DNA of 64,000 nt from Anthoceros angustus (Eukaryota; Plantae; Anthocerotophyta). The stretch covers positions 2,905-66,904 of the forward strand of contig VJWM01000327.1 of assembly GCA_010909165.1 (NCBI GenBank), given 5' to 3'. The stretch's first letter is position 1. The number at the start of each line of letters is the position of its first letter. Both the position numbers and the translations under genes were made by a program. The notes under the pieces were generated by a model. That model was not told the DNA's origin. It ran no database searches and was given only the letters and a program-made list of their open reading frames with translations. This document shows, piece after piece, positions 12,301 to 24,019 of this stretch.

Positions 12301-12593
12301 CTCTATTGAGTGCTTGTCGAACGTGGAGCAATGTGGAGGTGGCACACCATGTTTTCAATGAAGGAATGAAGCTAGACAAGGAAGACGCCTCAGCATATTT
12401 GTTGATGTCAAACGTCTACGCCGGTGCCCAGATGTGGGAGCAGGCGGGGAAGATTTCATTGAGAAGACAGAGAATCAGGGCGTGGAAGCGGCCAGGTCAG
12501 AGCTGGTGGACAGACAAGGACGGACTTGTCCATAGCTTTTTGGTTGGTCATGAGAGGCAGGACTGTTTTCAAAAAACCACAGCACTGGCATAA
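9372..12593 (+). CDS. PLS-class pentatricopeptide repeat protein with E1/E2 and truncated WW-type DYW (E+); organellar RNA-editing factor
   Basis: 1073-aa intronless ORF (GTG start; first in-frame ATG at 9435) of repeated P-L-S triplets, then P2-L2-S2 (CSHAGLV..G; HY.CMVDLLGRAG), E1/E2 and AWKRPGQSWWTD...HSFLVG, then stop. No HSE/CxxC/DYW. Confidence 0.95.
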   Translation: MRWCRACHAQRGLVRAIAGASMGIVGRASACLSSTGKEALAHNGRVTVEAVSKLCQEGSITQAVDALELLLHTDCCSVSRSLFYTVLKKCVAERDLVQGSRVHALTVKRGFQSDTFLCNHILRMYASHGRLREAMDVFDAVADPDAFMWSSIISAHVRRGQDKRAIQLYHAMCMSGAIPDGHVFVAALQACARGADLKSGQQVHADLLASGIEPNLYLSSCLVDMYAKCGRLEHAQAVFGGLRQKDVVTWNAMIAGCAQHGRGLEALRLYTAMQEGGMAVPSRVTFVSLLHGCASVGAQALEKGKQLHAQIREQGHEADLVVANSLVSMYAKCGSLEDAQTVFDGLGQKDVVTWTAMIAGYSQRAMGWEALRLYSAMQDEGMTVPNPVTFVCLLQACANVGSLALEMGKQLHMQIRGLGHQADGIVANSLVNMYAKCGSLEDAQTVFNGLAVKDVVTWTAMIAGYSQQGMGQEALHLYSAMEEEGIAVPDSVTFVCILQACATLGTPALEKGKHLHTQIREIGQQGDVFVASSLVNMYVKCGSLEDAQKVFDGLGQKNEVAWTAMIAGYSQQGMGQEALRLYSAMQEEGMAAPNPVTYVCLLQACASVGTSALEKGRHLHVELREQGHQADVSVANSLLNMYAKCGSLDDARIVFDSLDHKDVLTWTAMIAGYSQQGKGEVALNLYSVMQEEGISVPGNVTFLFLLQACASVGALALETGKHLHVQIRGRGQQDDVFVASSLVNMYAKCGSLEDARTVFDGLGNKDVVTWTAMIAGYAQQGLGQEALRLYSAMQEEGLTAPNSTTFVCLLQACANVAALSVGRQLHAQIVEQGFETDVFVAHSLINMYGKCGSMLEARQSLYALPERDVVAWNALIAGYTCQGDSETVFDLVQRMREDGVQPDGITLLSVLTVCSHAGLVEKGRQYFDAMSSQYRITPTKDHYKCMVDLLGRAGLLEEALDLVSTMPVLPDAAVWSTLLSACRTWSNVEVAHHVFNEGMKLDKEDASAYLLMSNVYAGAQMWEQAGKISLRRQRIRAWKRPGQSWWTDKDGLVHSFLVGHERQDCFQKTTALA

Positions 12594-12751
12594 AAGTCAT
12601 AATTGCTGCGTACAGTCAGTGCTCACAGGGTGTTTTCGGAGAGTAATTCTCCCAGCATCGTTATTTCAAGACATGATCTGCCCAGCTCTACTTCATCACA
12701 TGGCATAATCTGCCCAGCTCTACTTCATCACATGGCATAATCTTCACATCT

Positions 12752-13176
12752 TCATTGCACCTCATCGGTGAGCCACATGGCGACTCCTTGGATATTGTAG
12801 ATGACCGCGTTACCATCTTCACGGACAACAAGCTGGCAGCCACCACCGCCTCCAGAGGTCTGGGATGCCCACAGAGGTTGCTGGGTGTCACTGTCGTAGA
12901 TGACAGCATCGCAGTCATGCTGCATGACGAGCTTGCAGCGTGCTGCACTGCCGGCAGTTCGGCTAGCCCACAGCGGGAACTGGGTACCAAGATGATAGAG
13001 AGTCGGATTGCAGTACTCCGTATCCACGAAGTGTCCATCCGGAGTCCATGCTCGAACCGGCCAACAAGTGCAGATACAGGGTGGATGGGATGTGCTCTGG
13101 CAACACCAGGCCCAGATCCTCCCATCAGCGGCATTGCCACCACCACGACCAGCACCAGCCATGTGAGGGAAGCCAT
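12752..13176 (-). pseudogene. GNA/bulb-type mannose-binding lectin with signal peptide, one frameshift
   Basis: ATG at 13176 gives MASLTWLVLVVVVAMPLMGG...ARA (signal-like). A different frame holds the B-lectin repeats YCNPTLY...PLWAS, LVMQHDCDAVIY...PLWAS and LVVREDGNAVIY, ending at the 12752 stop. Confidence 0.75.
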
Positions 13177-13847
13177 AGCGTGGAAGTTGGAAGGGGCACC
13201 CTTTGTCCATGGATTTGAAGGGTTTCGTTGAGCCGTGCTGTAGACCATTGGGTAGTATCTGCGGCCGGACATCGAAACATCTCGCATCTCGACATCTGCG
13301 GTCTATCGTATCAGCGCCTGCCCTTCCCGGCGACCAACCTTCCCGCAACAGGACCTTTGGGTAACCTGGAGAAAATCCCATCTACCCCGAGACAAAGGGG
13401 AACAACCCATAGGAGGGCACCGGCACTGGCTCTCTTTTCACCGTCCGCAGTGTTCAACAAGTTCATCTACCCCGAGTTCCTGTTCTTGATGAGCGGGAGA
13501 GATGAGCATTTAAACGTAATTGGCAAGCGGTTCAATTGTTCATTCCGGAGGGTGAAAAGCATAATCGAGGAAGTCCGGTTGCAACTTCAAACTTAGTCAT
13601 CGAGTTTATCCAAACCGGAGGGATGTAGTTTAGATAGCACAGTTCACCAAGCTCGGATCAGTGGAATGAAAGGACCGGGAAAATGATTTATGGTCAATGA
13701 GAACTCAGTCTGGGGCTGATAGTGATGGGTGAAAGCTCCAATCATGGCTGCCTGGCTTGCTGCATTTCCCGTGGCTCTGCGGGCCTGACTTCGAACTGCG
13801 AATTGGTTTAGGCTCTCGGGTGTCCGCCTTGCAACACATTCCATAGA

Positions 13848-16800
13848 ATGGATGGCTGGAGATGGTGGGCGACAGGTAATGCTGAGGCGACGGTTTTTTC
13901 TGGACCACACAGCGTGGTGCAGCAGAAGAGGAGCTCTCCTTCGCCTGACTTACGGCAATGGGGGGCCCAGGAGGTTCAATGGCTTGGCAGCTCGTGTAAG
14001 CCAGGTTGGGTGGATGCGAGGCTGGCTGCTGTGAATATGGAGATGGGTGGTCGTGCACCTACGACCCACTGGAGCCTGCCGGATGGTCGGGACCCTTGCG
14101 GGCCTGCAGGATACGAAAGGGGCGTGATGGGTGAGACCGTGAGGCAACTATGTGAGCAGGGGCAGCCCATGGAGGCTGTCGAGGCTCTGGGCCTTCTGGT
14201 GCGGACACACTGTCGTGTTTCTCAGTCGCTTTTTTATGCTGTCCTGAAAAAATGTGCAGTTGAGAGGGATCTGGTTTTGGGTCGCCGTGTGCATGCTGTC
14301 ATTCTGAAAGGGGGGTACCAGTCGGATACGTTCTTGTGCAATCACATCATGCGGATGTATGTTTCTCATTCCAGGTTGGAAGAAGCGATGGATGTGTTTG
14401 TGGGCATGGCCAACCCCGATGCCTTCACCTGGTCTGCTATCATTTCTGCACTTGTTAAACACGGGCGGGATAAGGAGGCCATAGCGCTGTACCGTCGTAT
14501 GCGCATGTCAAGTGTGAAGCCAGATGGGCATGTTTTTGTCGCAGCCCTTCAGGCTTGTGGTAGGGGAGGAGACTTGGAAACTGGGCAGCAGGTGCACGCT
14601 GATGTGCTGGCCTGTGGCGTGGAGCCTGATTCATTTGTTTGTAATTCCCTGGTGGGCATGTATGCAAAGTGTGGCAGCTTGGGAGACGCTCAAAGAGTGT
14701 TTGATAGACTGAGTAAGAAGAATGTGGTGACTTGGACCGCTCTGATTGCGGGATATTCCCAGCAGGGTATGGGGCAGGAGGCACTGAGTCTTTTTGGGGC
14801 TATGCAAGACGAAGGCATGACCTTACCTGATGCTGTGACATTTTTGTGCCTCCTGCAGGCGTGTGCAAGTGTGGGTGCCATGGCTCTGGAGAAAGGGAGA
14901 CAGCTTCATGCAACAATTAGGGAACAAGGACATGAAGGTGATGTGTTTGTTGCTAGCAGTTTGGTAAACATGTATGCAAAGTGTGGCAGCTTGGACGATG
15001 CTCAGAGAGTGTTTGATGGGATTGTGCACAGGGATGTGGTGACATGGAGTGCCATGATAGCAGGATATTCCCAGCAGGGCAGGGGACAGGAAGCTCTGCG
15101 TCTGTACAGTGCTATGCGGGCAGAAGGCATTGTTGTGCTTGATTCTGTGACATTTCTGTGTCTCCTGCAGGCATGTGCAAGCGTGGGCACCCCGGCTCTG
15201 GAGAAAGGGAAGCAGCTTCATGCACAAATTAGAGAACAAGGACTTCAAGCTGATGACTTTGTAGCCAGCAGTTTGGTTAGCATGTATGCAAAGTGTGGCA
15301 GCTTGCACAATGCTCAGAGTGTGTTTGACGCACTTTCTAGAAAAGATGCTGTAACATGGAGTGCCCTGATAGCAGGATATGTCCAGCAAGGCATGGGGGA
15401 GGAAGCTCTTCATCTCTACAGTATGCAGGAAGAGGGCATCATTGCACTTGATTCTGAGAAATGTGTGTGCCTTCTTCAGACATGTGCAATTTTGGGCACC
15501 CCTGCTTTGGAGAAGGGAAGGCAGCTTCATGTAAAAATTAGAGAAGTGGGACTACAAGCTGATGCTTTTGTGGCCAACAGTTTGATAGCCATGTATGCAA
15601 GGTGTGGCAGCGTAGAGGATGCTCGGATTGTGTTTGACACACTTGCTCGAAAAGATGTGGTAACATGGAATGCCATGTTTGCAGGATTTTCCCAGCAGGC
15701 CATGGGGCAGGAAGCCCTTTATCTCTTCGAGGCTATGCAAAAAGAAGGCAGTGTGAAACCCAATTCTGCAACTTTTGTGTGCCTCCTGCAAGCATGTGCA
15801 AGTGTCGGCTCCCTGGCCTTGGATAAGGGGAAGCAGCTTCATGTCCATATTAGAGAACAAGGACTTCAAGCTGACGTGTTTGTAGGAAGCAGTTTGGTAA
15901 ACATGTACACAAAGTGTGGCAGCGTAGAGGATGCTCGGGGTGTGTTTGATGGACTGAGTCAAAAAAACGTGGTGACATGGAATGCCATGGTATCAGGATA
16001 TTCACAGCAGGGAATGGATCAGGAAGCCCTTCATCTTTATAGGGAAATGCAAGAGGAAGGCATGACTGCACCTGATTCTGTGACATTTGTGTGCCTCCTA
16101 CAGGCATGTGCTGGTGTGGCAGCCCTCCACGTGGGAAGGCAGCTTCATGCACAGATTCAAGATCAAGGCCTTCAAGCTGACGTGATTGTAGGAAACAGTT
16201 TGATAACCATGTATGCAAATTCAGGGAGCATGCTTGATGCACAGCAGGTGTTTGACGCATTGCCCAAAAGAGACGTCATCACCTGGAGTGCATTGATTGC
16301 AGGATACACCCGTGAAGGAAACAGTGAACGAGTCTTTGACTTGGTGGTCAGAATGAGAGAGGATGGCACACAGCCAGACAGCATCATCCTCCTCGCTGTA
16401 CTAACAGTATGCAGTCATGCTGGGCTAGTGAACAAGGGGCAAGAGTACTTCAACGCTATGAGCAGGGACTATGGCATCACCCCCGCTGTGGAGCACTATG
16501 CATGCATGGTGGATCTCCTTGGTCGTTCCGGCCTAGTGCACGAATCATTGGCTTTGGCCCGGACAATGTCTGTTCCCCCTAATGCTTCAGTTTGGCACAC
16601 TCTTTTGGGCGCTTGCCGAAAGTGGAGCAACGTTGAGGTGGGATGCCATGCCTTTGATGAGGCAGTGAAGCTGGACCAGAAAGATGCTGCAGCATATGTA
16701 TTGATGTCGAACATATACAGTGGTGCCCAGATGTGGGAGCAGGCACAGGAGATGCAGACCAAGAGAATAGGAATCGGGGCATGGAAGCAGCCAGGTCAGA

Positions 16801-16895
16801 GCTGGTGGACAAACATGGAGGGGCGGGTACATAGTTTTTTGGTAGGGGATAAATGGCATCTGAATAATGTTAGAACAAATCAAAGGCAGGCCTAA
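13848..16895 (+). CDS. PLS-class PPR protein, E+ with truncated WW-type DYW; tandem paralogue of 9372-12593
   Basis: 1015-aa intronless ORF with the same architecture; ends AWKQPGQSWWTN...HSFLVGD, then stop. Confidence 0.95.
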   Translation: MDGWRWWATGNAEATVFSGPHSVVQQKRSSPSPDLRQWGAQEVQWLGSSCKPGWVDARLAAVNMEMGGRAPTTHWSLPDGRDPCGPAGYERGVMGETVRQLCEQGQPMEAVEALGLLVRTHCRVSQSLFYAVLKKCAVERDLVLGRRVHAVILKGGYQSDTFLCNHIMRMYVSHSRLEEAMDVFVGMANPDAFTWSAIISALVKHGRDKEAIALYRRMRMSSVKPDGHVFVAALQACGRGGDLETGQQVHADVLACGVEPDSFVCNSLVGMYAKCGSLGDAQRVFDRLSKKNVVTWTALIAGYSQQGMGQEALSLFGAMQDEGMTLPDAVTFLCLLQACASVGAMALEKGRQLHATIREQGHEGDVFVASSLVNMYAKCGSLDDAQRVFDGIVHRDVVTWSAMIAGYSQQGRGQEALRLYSAMRAEGIVVLDSVTFLCLLQACASVGTPALEKGKQLHAQIREQGLQADDFVASSLVSMYAKCGSLHNAQSVFDALSRKDAVTWSALIAGYVQQGMGEEALHLYSMQEEGIIALDSEKCVCLLQTCAILGTPALEKGRQLHVKIREVGLQADAFVANSLIAMYARCGSVEDARIVFDTLARKDVVTWNAMFAGFSQQAMGQEALYLFEAMQKEGSVKPNSATFVCLLQACASVGSLALDKGKQLHVHIREQGLQADVFVGSSLVNMYTKCGSVEDARGVFDGLSQKNVVTWNAMVSGYSQQGMDQEALHLYREMQEEGMTAPDSVTFVCLLQACAGVAALHVGRQLHAQIQDQGLQADVIVGNSLITMYANSGSMLDAQQVFDALPKRDVITWSALIAGYTREGNSERVFDLVVRMREDGTQPDSIILLAVLTVCSHAGLVNKGQEYFNAMSRDYGITPAVEHYACMVDLLGRSGLVHESLALARTMSVPPNASVWHTLLGACRKWSNVEVGCHAFDEAVKLDQKDAAAYVLMSNIYSGAQMWEQAQEMQTKRIGIGAWKQPGQSWWTNMEGRVHSFLVGDKWHLNNVRTNQRQA

Positions 16896-17155
16896 CGAGC
16901 TTCTTCTGAAAACGAAGAAAGCCAAGTTACAAGCCGTAAGGGCCAGCCGTATGCACTGATTGCGGAAATGTGGTGGGCATGGTTCTTTCTTTACATAATT
17001 CGGTGTGTCATATGTAACTCTGTGTGTTATGTACAATTCCGTGATAGGCTAGTGGTTATGCAAGTGGCCACACATGCTTTAAGAACGTCGTTGTTAAGCG
17101 CCCTACTCTACAAGCGGGACCTAAATGGGGTACCTAGAAAGGAATGGAAGCTTGG

Positions 17156-17320
17156 TTTACTCCTTGGAGTAAAGTTTATTATATAGAATAAAATTATTCA
17201 TGGAATAAAATTTACTCCATGAAACAAAGCTTACTCCATGGAATAAAGCTTACTCCATGGAGCAAAGTTTATTATATAGAATAAAATTACTCATGGAGCA
17301 AAATTTACTCCATGGAGCAA
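17156..17320. repeat. AT-rich short palindromic tandem repeat (TTACTCCATGGA-based)
   Basis: Several (T)TACTCC(A/T)TGGA units and two copies of AAAGTTT(T)ATTATATAGAATAAAATT. Confidence 0.7.
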
Positions 17321-17868
17321 GTTGCTCGAAGTACCCAGTCCCATGGCGGTGTATCCGTATGGAATACCGTTCTCGTCACGGGCCATCGTGTGTGTGACAT
17401 GTTTTTTTTGGCTGTACCGTACTCAAACATCTTCAAGATTCCTTCGTATAATACTCGCCACATCAGCCTGGGTAGGGTTGTATGCGGGCAAAAAAATTTC
17501 TATCACACACTTTTGGCCTGGTGTTCCTATCGTGTCGTGCAGAAATTTTGTTCTTTGGGGTTTTAGGGTTACGGTCACCACAAATACATGTTTACACGCG
17601 GCAGTGCACACATACACAATTTATTTCGTACAGGCTTCGCTCTCGCGTGCAGGCTTCGCTCTCGCGTGTAGGCTTCGCTCTCGTGTGCAGGCTTGTGTTA
17701 GGTATTTTCCCTTTATTTTCCAAAGTGCTAGTTGCTTCAACTGATGATGGCTGTCATGGTTCCATAAATTGCGGATTTAAATGAATAAAGACTCATAGCC
17801 AGGCCACCAGGAGGCGGTCCTAAGGTTTTCTCTTGTCTTTTCTCTTGTCTTTTTTTTTCTGTTACAAC

Positions 17869-18519
17869 TGGTATTAGAGCCATGTCCACTGTTCAAGACT
17901 ATGGAATGCGGGACCTGCGCGTAGCATCAGGCAGGTGTATGGGCGACCTAACAGTGAGGATAGTGGAATAGCCCTCATCGAGAGAACCAATGGTGGAAAG
18001 CGGTCCCCTACACCACCCCTGCCCAATGAAGCTGTAGCACTTATGGTGGGAGGCATGAAGGCCAAGACCAAGAATGGATGGAGGACGGACAAGGTGGCTG
18101 ACCTCAAGTTGAGGTTGTTTGCAAGGATTGTCTTGGGCCTTGTAAATTATGAACACACTTCCTACTTCAGCAATACCTTTCTACATTTCTTGTGGAAGGT
18201 GAAGCGAGGGCAGAAGCCAGATTAGGGACTCATTATGTATGAAGCTTTCATCCACCATTGTGAGAAGCTCCTCAAGCCCATGACGTGGATGAGGAAGTGC
18301 AGTGATGGTAGTATGTTAAAAGCAACTTCAACTTGGAGAGCAGCGCGAGCCGACCACACGAGTGTATGGTTGGTGTTAAGCTCTCATCTTCGTTCCTCTC
18401 AGCCAAGGCAAGTTGTAGCCAGAGTGCAGCCCCAAAGTGATCTCTACATCTTCACTAGCACCCCTGTGTACACTACAATTGCCTACAATCTCAAATAACT
18501 CAACGTGTCTGAGAGGGAG
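17869..18519 (+). mobile_element. Internally deleted Copia remnant (PBS-gag/PR bits-PPT)
   Basis: PBS TGGTATTAGAGCC at 17869; SSQPRQVVARVQPQSDLYIFTSTPVYTT is nearly identical to the protein at 1648-1998; PPT GAGAGGGAG at 18511-18519. Confidence 0.7.
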
Positions 18520-21500
18520 AGTTAGAAATAGTGCAGACCGCGTTGGTCAAGGTCGACTAGAGCAAACCCAATGTGGAATAGTCAAACTAGACTTAACTAG
18601 TTGGTAGTTAGTTAATTAACTAGTACGCTAGTTAAGGGACACACTTGTTATGGGATAAGGGTAGTTATCATGTAATCTACAAACACTTAGGTTATGTTAT
18701 AGTTAGTAATATGAAGGGTTATTGCGAAACGTCATAATATGGCTATAATTAAACATTTTTGTATTGAACATTGATTCATTCTTGTGTAAGAGTTTATGGT
18801 GTGTGACATAAGTTCTCTCTCGTTTTTTCCTCTCTAAAAAATTATTGTGGTATCAGAGCCATGCTCCGATTTCTATATACACTCCTGAGCAATGCCGAGA
18901 TCGGGATACTCTAAGAAGAATGCTAATCCAAAGAAATTTTGTGGTGCCTATGGAGGTCACTTCCAACGGCAACAACAGTTTCTACCTATAGATACTGTCC
19001 TAGATCTATATGAGCAAGAGTATCCATATCATTGGCTACGCAAGTTCACCGACAAATACTCCGGGCGAGATCAGTCTGTACAATTACAACAGCCTAACTT
19101 GCACCGAAGGACTGAAGCATTGTTTAGAGCTCGAGCAATTCAGAGAGGCCAAAACCCAGACCTGTTTTACTCGAGACCTGTTGTAGACTTTTGTCCTTTG
19201 TCGGCATCTACATGTGCGGATAAGACACGACAACTTGTGTATTTAAGGGTTTGCTTGATCACGACCTTTATAAGATTGATGTCTACACACACAAACAATC
19301 CATCAATGCTGTTTCTATGGGCTCACAGAAATAGGCCATCTTATGGCATGCACGATTAGGGCATGTTAATCGGAATAAGATGGTTCATATGTCTTTACAA
19401 GATTGCCACTTAGAATCACTACCTCGCTGTGTAAAGGAACTACCTTCCTGCGAAGCATGTATCCTTGCGAAACAGAAGAAACAACCCTTTCTGTCTTCAG
19501 CAACATATCGAGCCACACAACCTCTTGAACTGGGTCATGCTGATATTTCCGGTTAGATTCATGTTCCTTCCATCGGTGGTGCTCGCTACTATCTCTGCAT
19601 CACGGACGATTATTCTAGATACACTTGGACATATATTATGCAACATAAGAATGAAACTTTCGAGCTATTTCGAGAGTGGTTGCTGAATGTATAGCGCCAA
19701 ACTAGTTACCTTCTTAAGTTGCTACGTACTGATAATGACACTGAATTTGTTAATAATGCCTTTGATCTATTTCTGCAAGAACAAGGCATTCAACGTCAAC
19801 TCACTGTCCCTTATACTCTGCAGCAAAATGGGGTTGCAGAACGAAAGAATCAGACACTCCTGTCTATGACACGCAGTATGCTTATTTGGGTTGGCTTACC
19901 TCAAAAGTTTTGGGCAGAAGCAGTGGTTTGTGCAACCTATATTTTAAATCGACTATTCACCAATTCTGTCCTACGCAGAACTCCCTATGAGGTCCTTTGG
20001 CATAGGAAACCTAGCCTCCTTCACTTTCGTGTCTTTGGCTCTCAGGCCTATGCACACATTCCTGATGCCAAGCGTCGCAAACTAGATTCTAGGGCCTCTT
20101 CCCTCATTTTTGTCGGTTACAGTAACTTGTCTAAGGCTTACAAGCCATCTTAGCTCGAACAGTTACTTTTCTGGAACCCACCAAGTCTGTCGTTTCAAAC
20201 CCTTTGCAAACAGAGGGGGATAGTTTACCTTCAGAGGGAGTCGACAATGAGCCTGAATCCTCTGATTGTCAGTTTCCAAATGATTTGCCTGCAGTAGATC
20301 CGACAGCTGATCCAGATTCAGTTGTAGTTCCTGACCCCTTACAAGTTAATGAATTGATACCTACAGTTGCAGATCATGTACTAGCACTTGTCCCAGAGCC
20401 CGTCGATGATCTAGCACCTATCAATGAGCCAATTCCCATAGATGATCCTCAACCCCCTGACGAGGTTGTTTCTGAGCCTGCTCCAGATGCTGTTCGTCGG
20501 TCAACCCGCCACCATCCACCACTTGTAGCATGGACAGAACCTCGCTATGAGTTGATTGACTTCCAGACATGCTGAGTAGGTTAATTTTGCATCTTGAGCC
20601 TCAGTCACTTATTGCAGCATTTACAAGACCAAATAGTGAAAAATGGAAAGCAGCTGTTGATGATGAATACAACTCGCTTGTTAAAAACAAGACTTGGGAA
20701 CTTGTTGAACCTCCCCCTGGATGAAAACCGATATCCGGCAAATGGGTATTCAAGCCTAAACTAAATGCTCAAGGCGAGATTGCCCCCTATAAGGCACGGT
20801 TAGTCGCAAGGGGATTCACACAAGTTGAGGGTTTGGACTACCAAGAAACATTCTCTCCTATCGTGAGAGCGCAATCCATCCGAATGATATTGGCTCTGGC
20901 AGCTGAGTTCGATCTTAAGCTTCAATAAATGGACGTATGCATTGCTTTCCTGTATGGATCATTGGATGAAGATCTATATATGTATCATCCATAAGGATAT
21001 GAGGATAAGAAACATCCTACGAAAGTATGCAAGCTACTTAAAACAATCTATGGTTTGAAACAGAGTGGTCGGGTATGGTACCAGAATATGCATCTATACC
21101 TTTTAAGTTGCTTCTTTGTGCAGAGTGCAGTGGATAGTAATGTGTATAGGCTGTCACGAGGACAAAGTTTTGTAATCTTAGCTTTATACGTTGATGATGT
21201 GATCCTAGCCATAAACGACAACAGTCTGTTAGCTAACGTAAAAAAGATGCCAAGAGCAAGTAGGAGATGAAAGACATAGGGGAACTGAGATTCTGCCTAG
21301 GGATTCAACTCGTCCGAAATCGATCTAAAGGATTGCTCATAATCCACCAATACCAGTACATGCAAGACCTTTTACAAAAGTTCAAGCTCGATCAAGCCCG
21401 TCCTGCGGCCACATCATCAACAATTGGTGTTAAGTTAACAAGCCTTCTAAGCCCACAGACTGTAGAAGAAAGGAAAGAGACGGAGGCAATACCTTATAGA

Positions 21501-22666
21501 CATGTTGTCGGAAGCCTCCTGTTTGTCGCCAACTGGACACGCCCGATATTGATTCAAGAAAATCGCTCCACCCTCGGATAATCCTGGACGTGCTCATTGG
21601 GTTGCAACCAAGGTTGTGGGGGGTGAAAGCATAATCTTTCGATCGGCGAAGTATGGCGCCCCTCCTCCGGACAACAACCGCCGCTATGTAAATTCGTTAG
21701 AAGGTAGTCGAGAGTTAGTCAATCATTCATGCAGACACTACACAAGCGGATGAAGCTCAACGCGTACATGATTGCTTTGTGTTTAGGTGTCTCCTCGCAA
21801 CCTCCTCAGTTTCTCCAGAAGCTGAATTGTTTCAGCCAAGGGCTTGAGGAGAGTTGTCTTCGTATCCACTTCCCTTTCCACTTCCTGCTTCGAATCCTCT
21901 CTTGAATTTCCCACTCTGTCTTGGGGGTTGCTCCAGCAGAGATTGATATTCAGACCAATCCGATAGCCATTTATGCACACGAAGGCACCCATACAGTGGC
22001 GATCTTCCCAATCTTCTGGCCGAAGAGGGCATTTCCTAGCTCTAGACTTGCACTGCCTTCCTGTCTGCTTTGTGGAGCTGAATTGCCTATGTGCCTTGCT
22101 CACAGACTCATAGCTGAGCCCACTTCTTGTCTTCATCACGAGGATCAGCAGGTTCAAGATGGTGAAGAGCCCAAGCTGGGCGTAGGCCACATATGAGGGA
22201 GCAAGACCTCCATGGCGCATAGAGGGATAGCGGCAGTTGGGCGTAATCGAGTCCAAAGAGTGGAGCGTAAAAGCTTACGTTGCGAGTGGAGTTCACGAGG
22301 ATAAAGTACGCTCGCCGCCTGTCCTTGATGATCATAACCTAGTGTGTGAAGCTTAAGAGGGAGTGTTACGGGATAAGGATAGTTATCATATAATCTACGA
22401 ACACTTAGCTTATGTTATTGTTAATAATATGAAGGGTTATTGCGAAACATCATAATATGGTCATAATTAAACATTTTTGTATTGAACATTGATTCATTAT
22501 TGTGTAAGAGGTTCTAGTGTGACATAAGTTCTCTCTCGTTTTTTCCTCTCTCGAAAATTATCAACACCCCCTCGTAACCATCCTTTATAAGCCCACCTGT
22601 GAATCAAACTCGTTCATTGTTAATAAAACATCTTTGCTTAAGACGCTTTCGCATGCAATTCTAACT
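18520..22666 (+). mobile_element. AG...CT-type Copia LTR split in two (18520-18645 and 22564-22666) by a nested Copia
   Basis: The joined halves match the reverse complement of 4958-5150; PBS TGGTATCAAAG at 22667. Confidence 0.75.
18646..22563 (+). mobile_element. Ty1/Copia element with paired ~200-bp LTRs (18646-18847, 22364-22563), internally deleted
   Basis: Similar LTR pair; PBS TGGTATCAGAGCC at 18848; PPT AAGAGGGAG; TSD ACACT/ACACC; integrase LRTDN..EF...QNGVAERKN and RT LALYVDDV; most of gag and RNase H missing. Confidence 0.92.
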
Positions 22667-23760
22667 TGGTATCAAAGTTGAGACTCATCATTGGCATTGT
22701 GCTCGAGGACTTGCATAGTACCTCCCCCCGATCCCACTGACACCTACGGTGGGATTTGTGCACCCTCTCCCTCCTCCCCCCGGAGAAGCTCCCACTCCCA
22801 CTGCTCTACCTGGACGCCATGGCGAGCAAGAGGAGGTTCATGCGAAGAGAGGTGCAGACAAATATCTCGAGAGTGGTCTGGCATGAGGTGGGGACCTTGT
22901 TTTCAAGGCGAGAAGGCACGGAGCATAAATCGGAACTGGATATAAGCGAGTATGTTCCTACTTTTAAGCGTAATGCCAAAGTATGTGGCTACAATGCACA
23001 TCCGTTCACACTCGGTCGTAAGTGCACCTTTGGGTCTTTTCACCGGAGCGTATAGTGCAGGCATGAGATAAGCACTTGCATTCATATAAGCACTTCCTCT
23101 ACATACAACCAATCAAAACAAATCTAATATGCAAATATAGGTGCAAACCAATCTTCTTCGGGAACGTTGTCCAGAGGTTATGAACCTTGTCAAACTCATC
23201 ACAACCTAACCATAGCGGGTGTAGGTTCTGTTGTATTCATGTGTGATTCAGGTAAGACTCTTCGGATTCATGAAGTCCTTCATGTTCCTCCCATGTGCAA
23301 AAAGTTAGTGTTAGTTGCTAGTCTTTGCAGAGAACATACTATGCAAGTGACATTTTACTCAAATAGGTGTTTCCTTTCATACACAAGAAATAGGACTCCA
23401 GTCATCTGCACAAGTACTTTAGATGATGGTTTCTATAGATTGTCAGTCCAAGTGGGAGCTTCCCAGTTTGCTTATGTTACCTCTTCCAATTTAGCGACAT
23501 CTTCTCACACTATGCTTTGGCATTGTCGCTTAGGTCATCCTAATAGTAAAAAATTAACACAAATGTCTAAGGGTAATTTTTATAGAACCCCTTGCCTTGC
23601 AAAGGTTGAACACCATCCCTTGTACGAAACATGTGTTCTCACTAAACGATACCAAGAACCTTTCAAAACCAAATCTCCACAAAGGGCCAAGTCACCTTCA
23701 GAGATAGTTCACGCAAACCTTTGTGGTCTCATGTCTACCCCCTCCTTTAGTGGTTGTAGC
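22667..23760 (+). mobile_element. Copia internal fragment (PBS, protease, GAG-pre-integrase)
   Basis: VLHVPPMCKKLV...LWHCRLGHPN...EIVHANLCG in ORF 23167-23793. Confidence 0.85.
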
Positions 23761-23795
23761 TACCAGTCAGTATGCGGGGCTGCCAGTTGTTAGTA

Positions 23796-24019
23796 CCGTG
23801 TAGAGCTTCTCCAGATTAAACTTCCAGTGCGGGACTTCGATGTACAGTTTGAAATATATATAGTCTCCAAATTCTTAAAAAAAAAATGCAGCCAGAGTTC
23901 GTTTTAATCTATAAATCGAGGATGATAGTGGTACTCAAAAAAATTAATGTGCAGAGTTCGTTGCAGTCCATAAATCGAGGGTGGTGCTCTGCTAGCCAAA
24001 AATAGATATTGGTACACGG
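23796..24019. mobile_element. Possible pogo/Tc1-mariner-type MITE
   Basis: TA|CCGTGTA ... TACACGG short TIRs and two internal ATAAATCGAGG direct repeats. The right-hand TA TSD is imperfect. Confidence 0.4.

Noticed and set aside
9471-16812. Antisense and alternate-frame ORFs over the PPR genes
   Set aside because: Shadows of the repetitive PPR coding strand.
17330-17730. Possible Helitron/hAT end with 19-bp triple repeat
   Set aside because: No convincing terminal hairpin, TIR or TSD.
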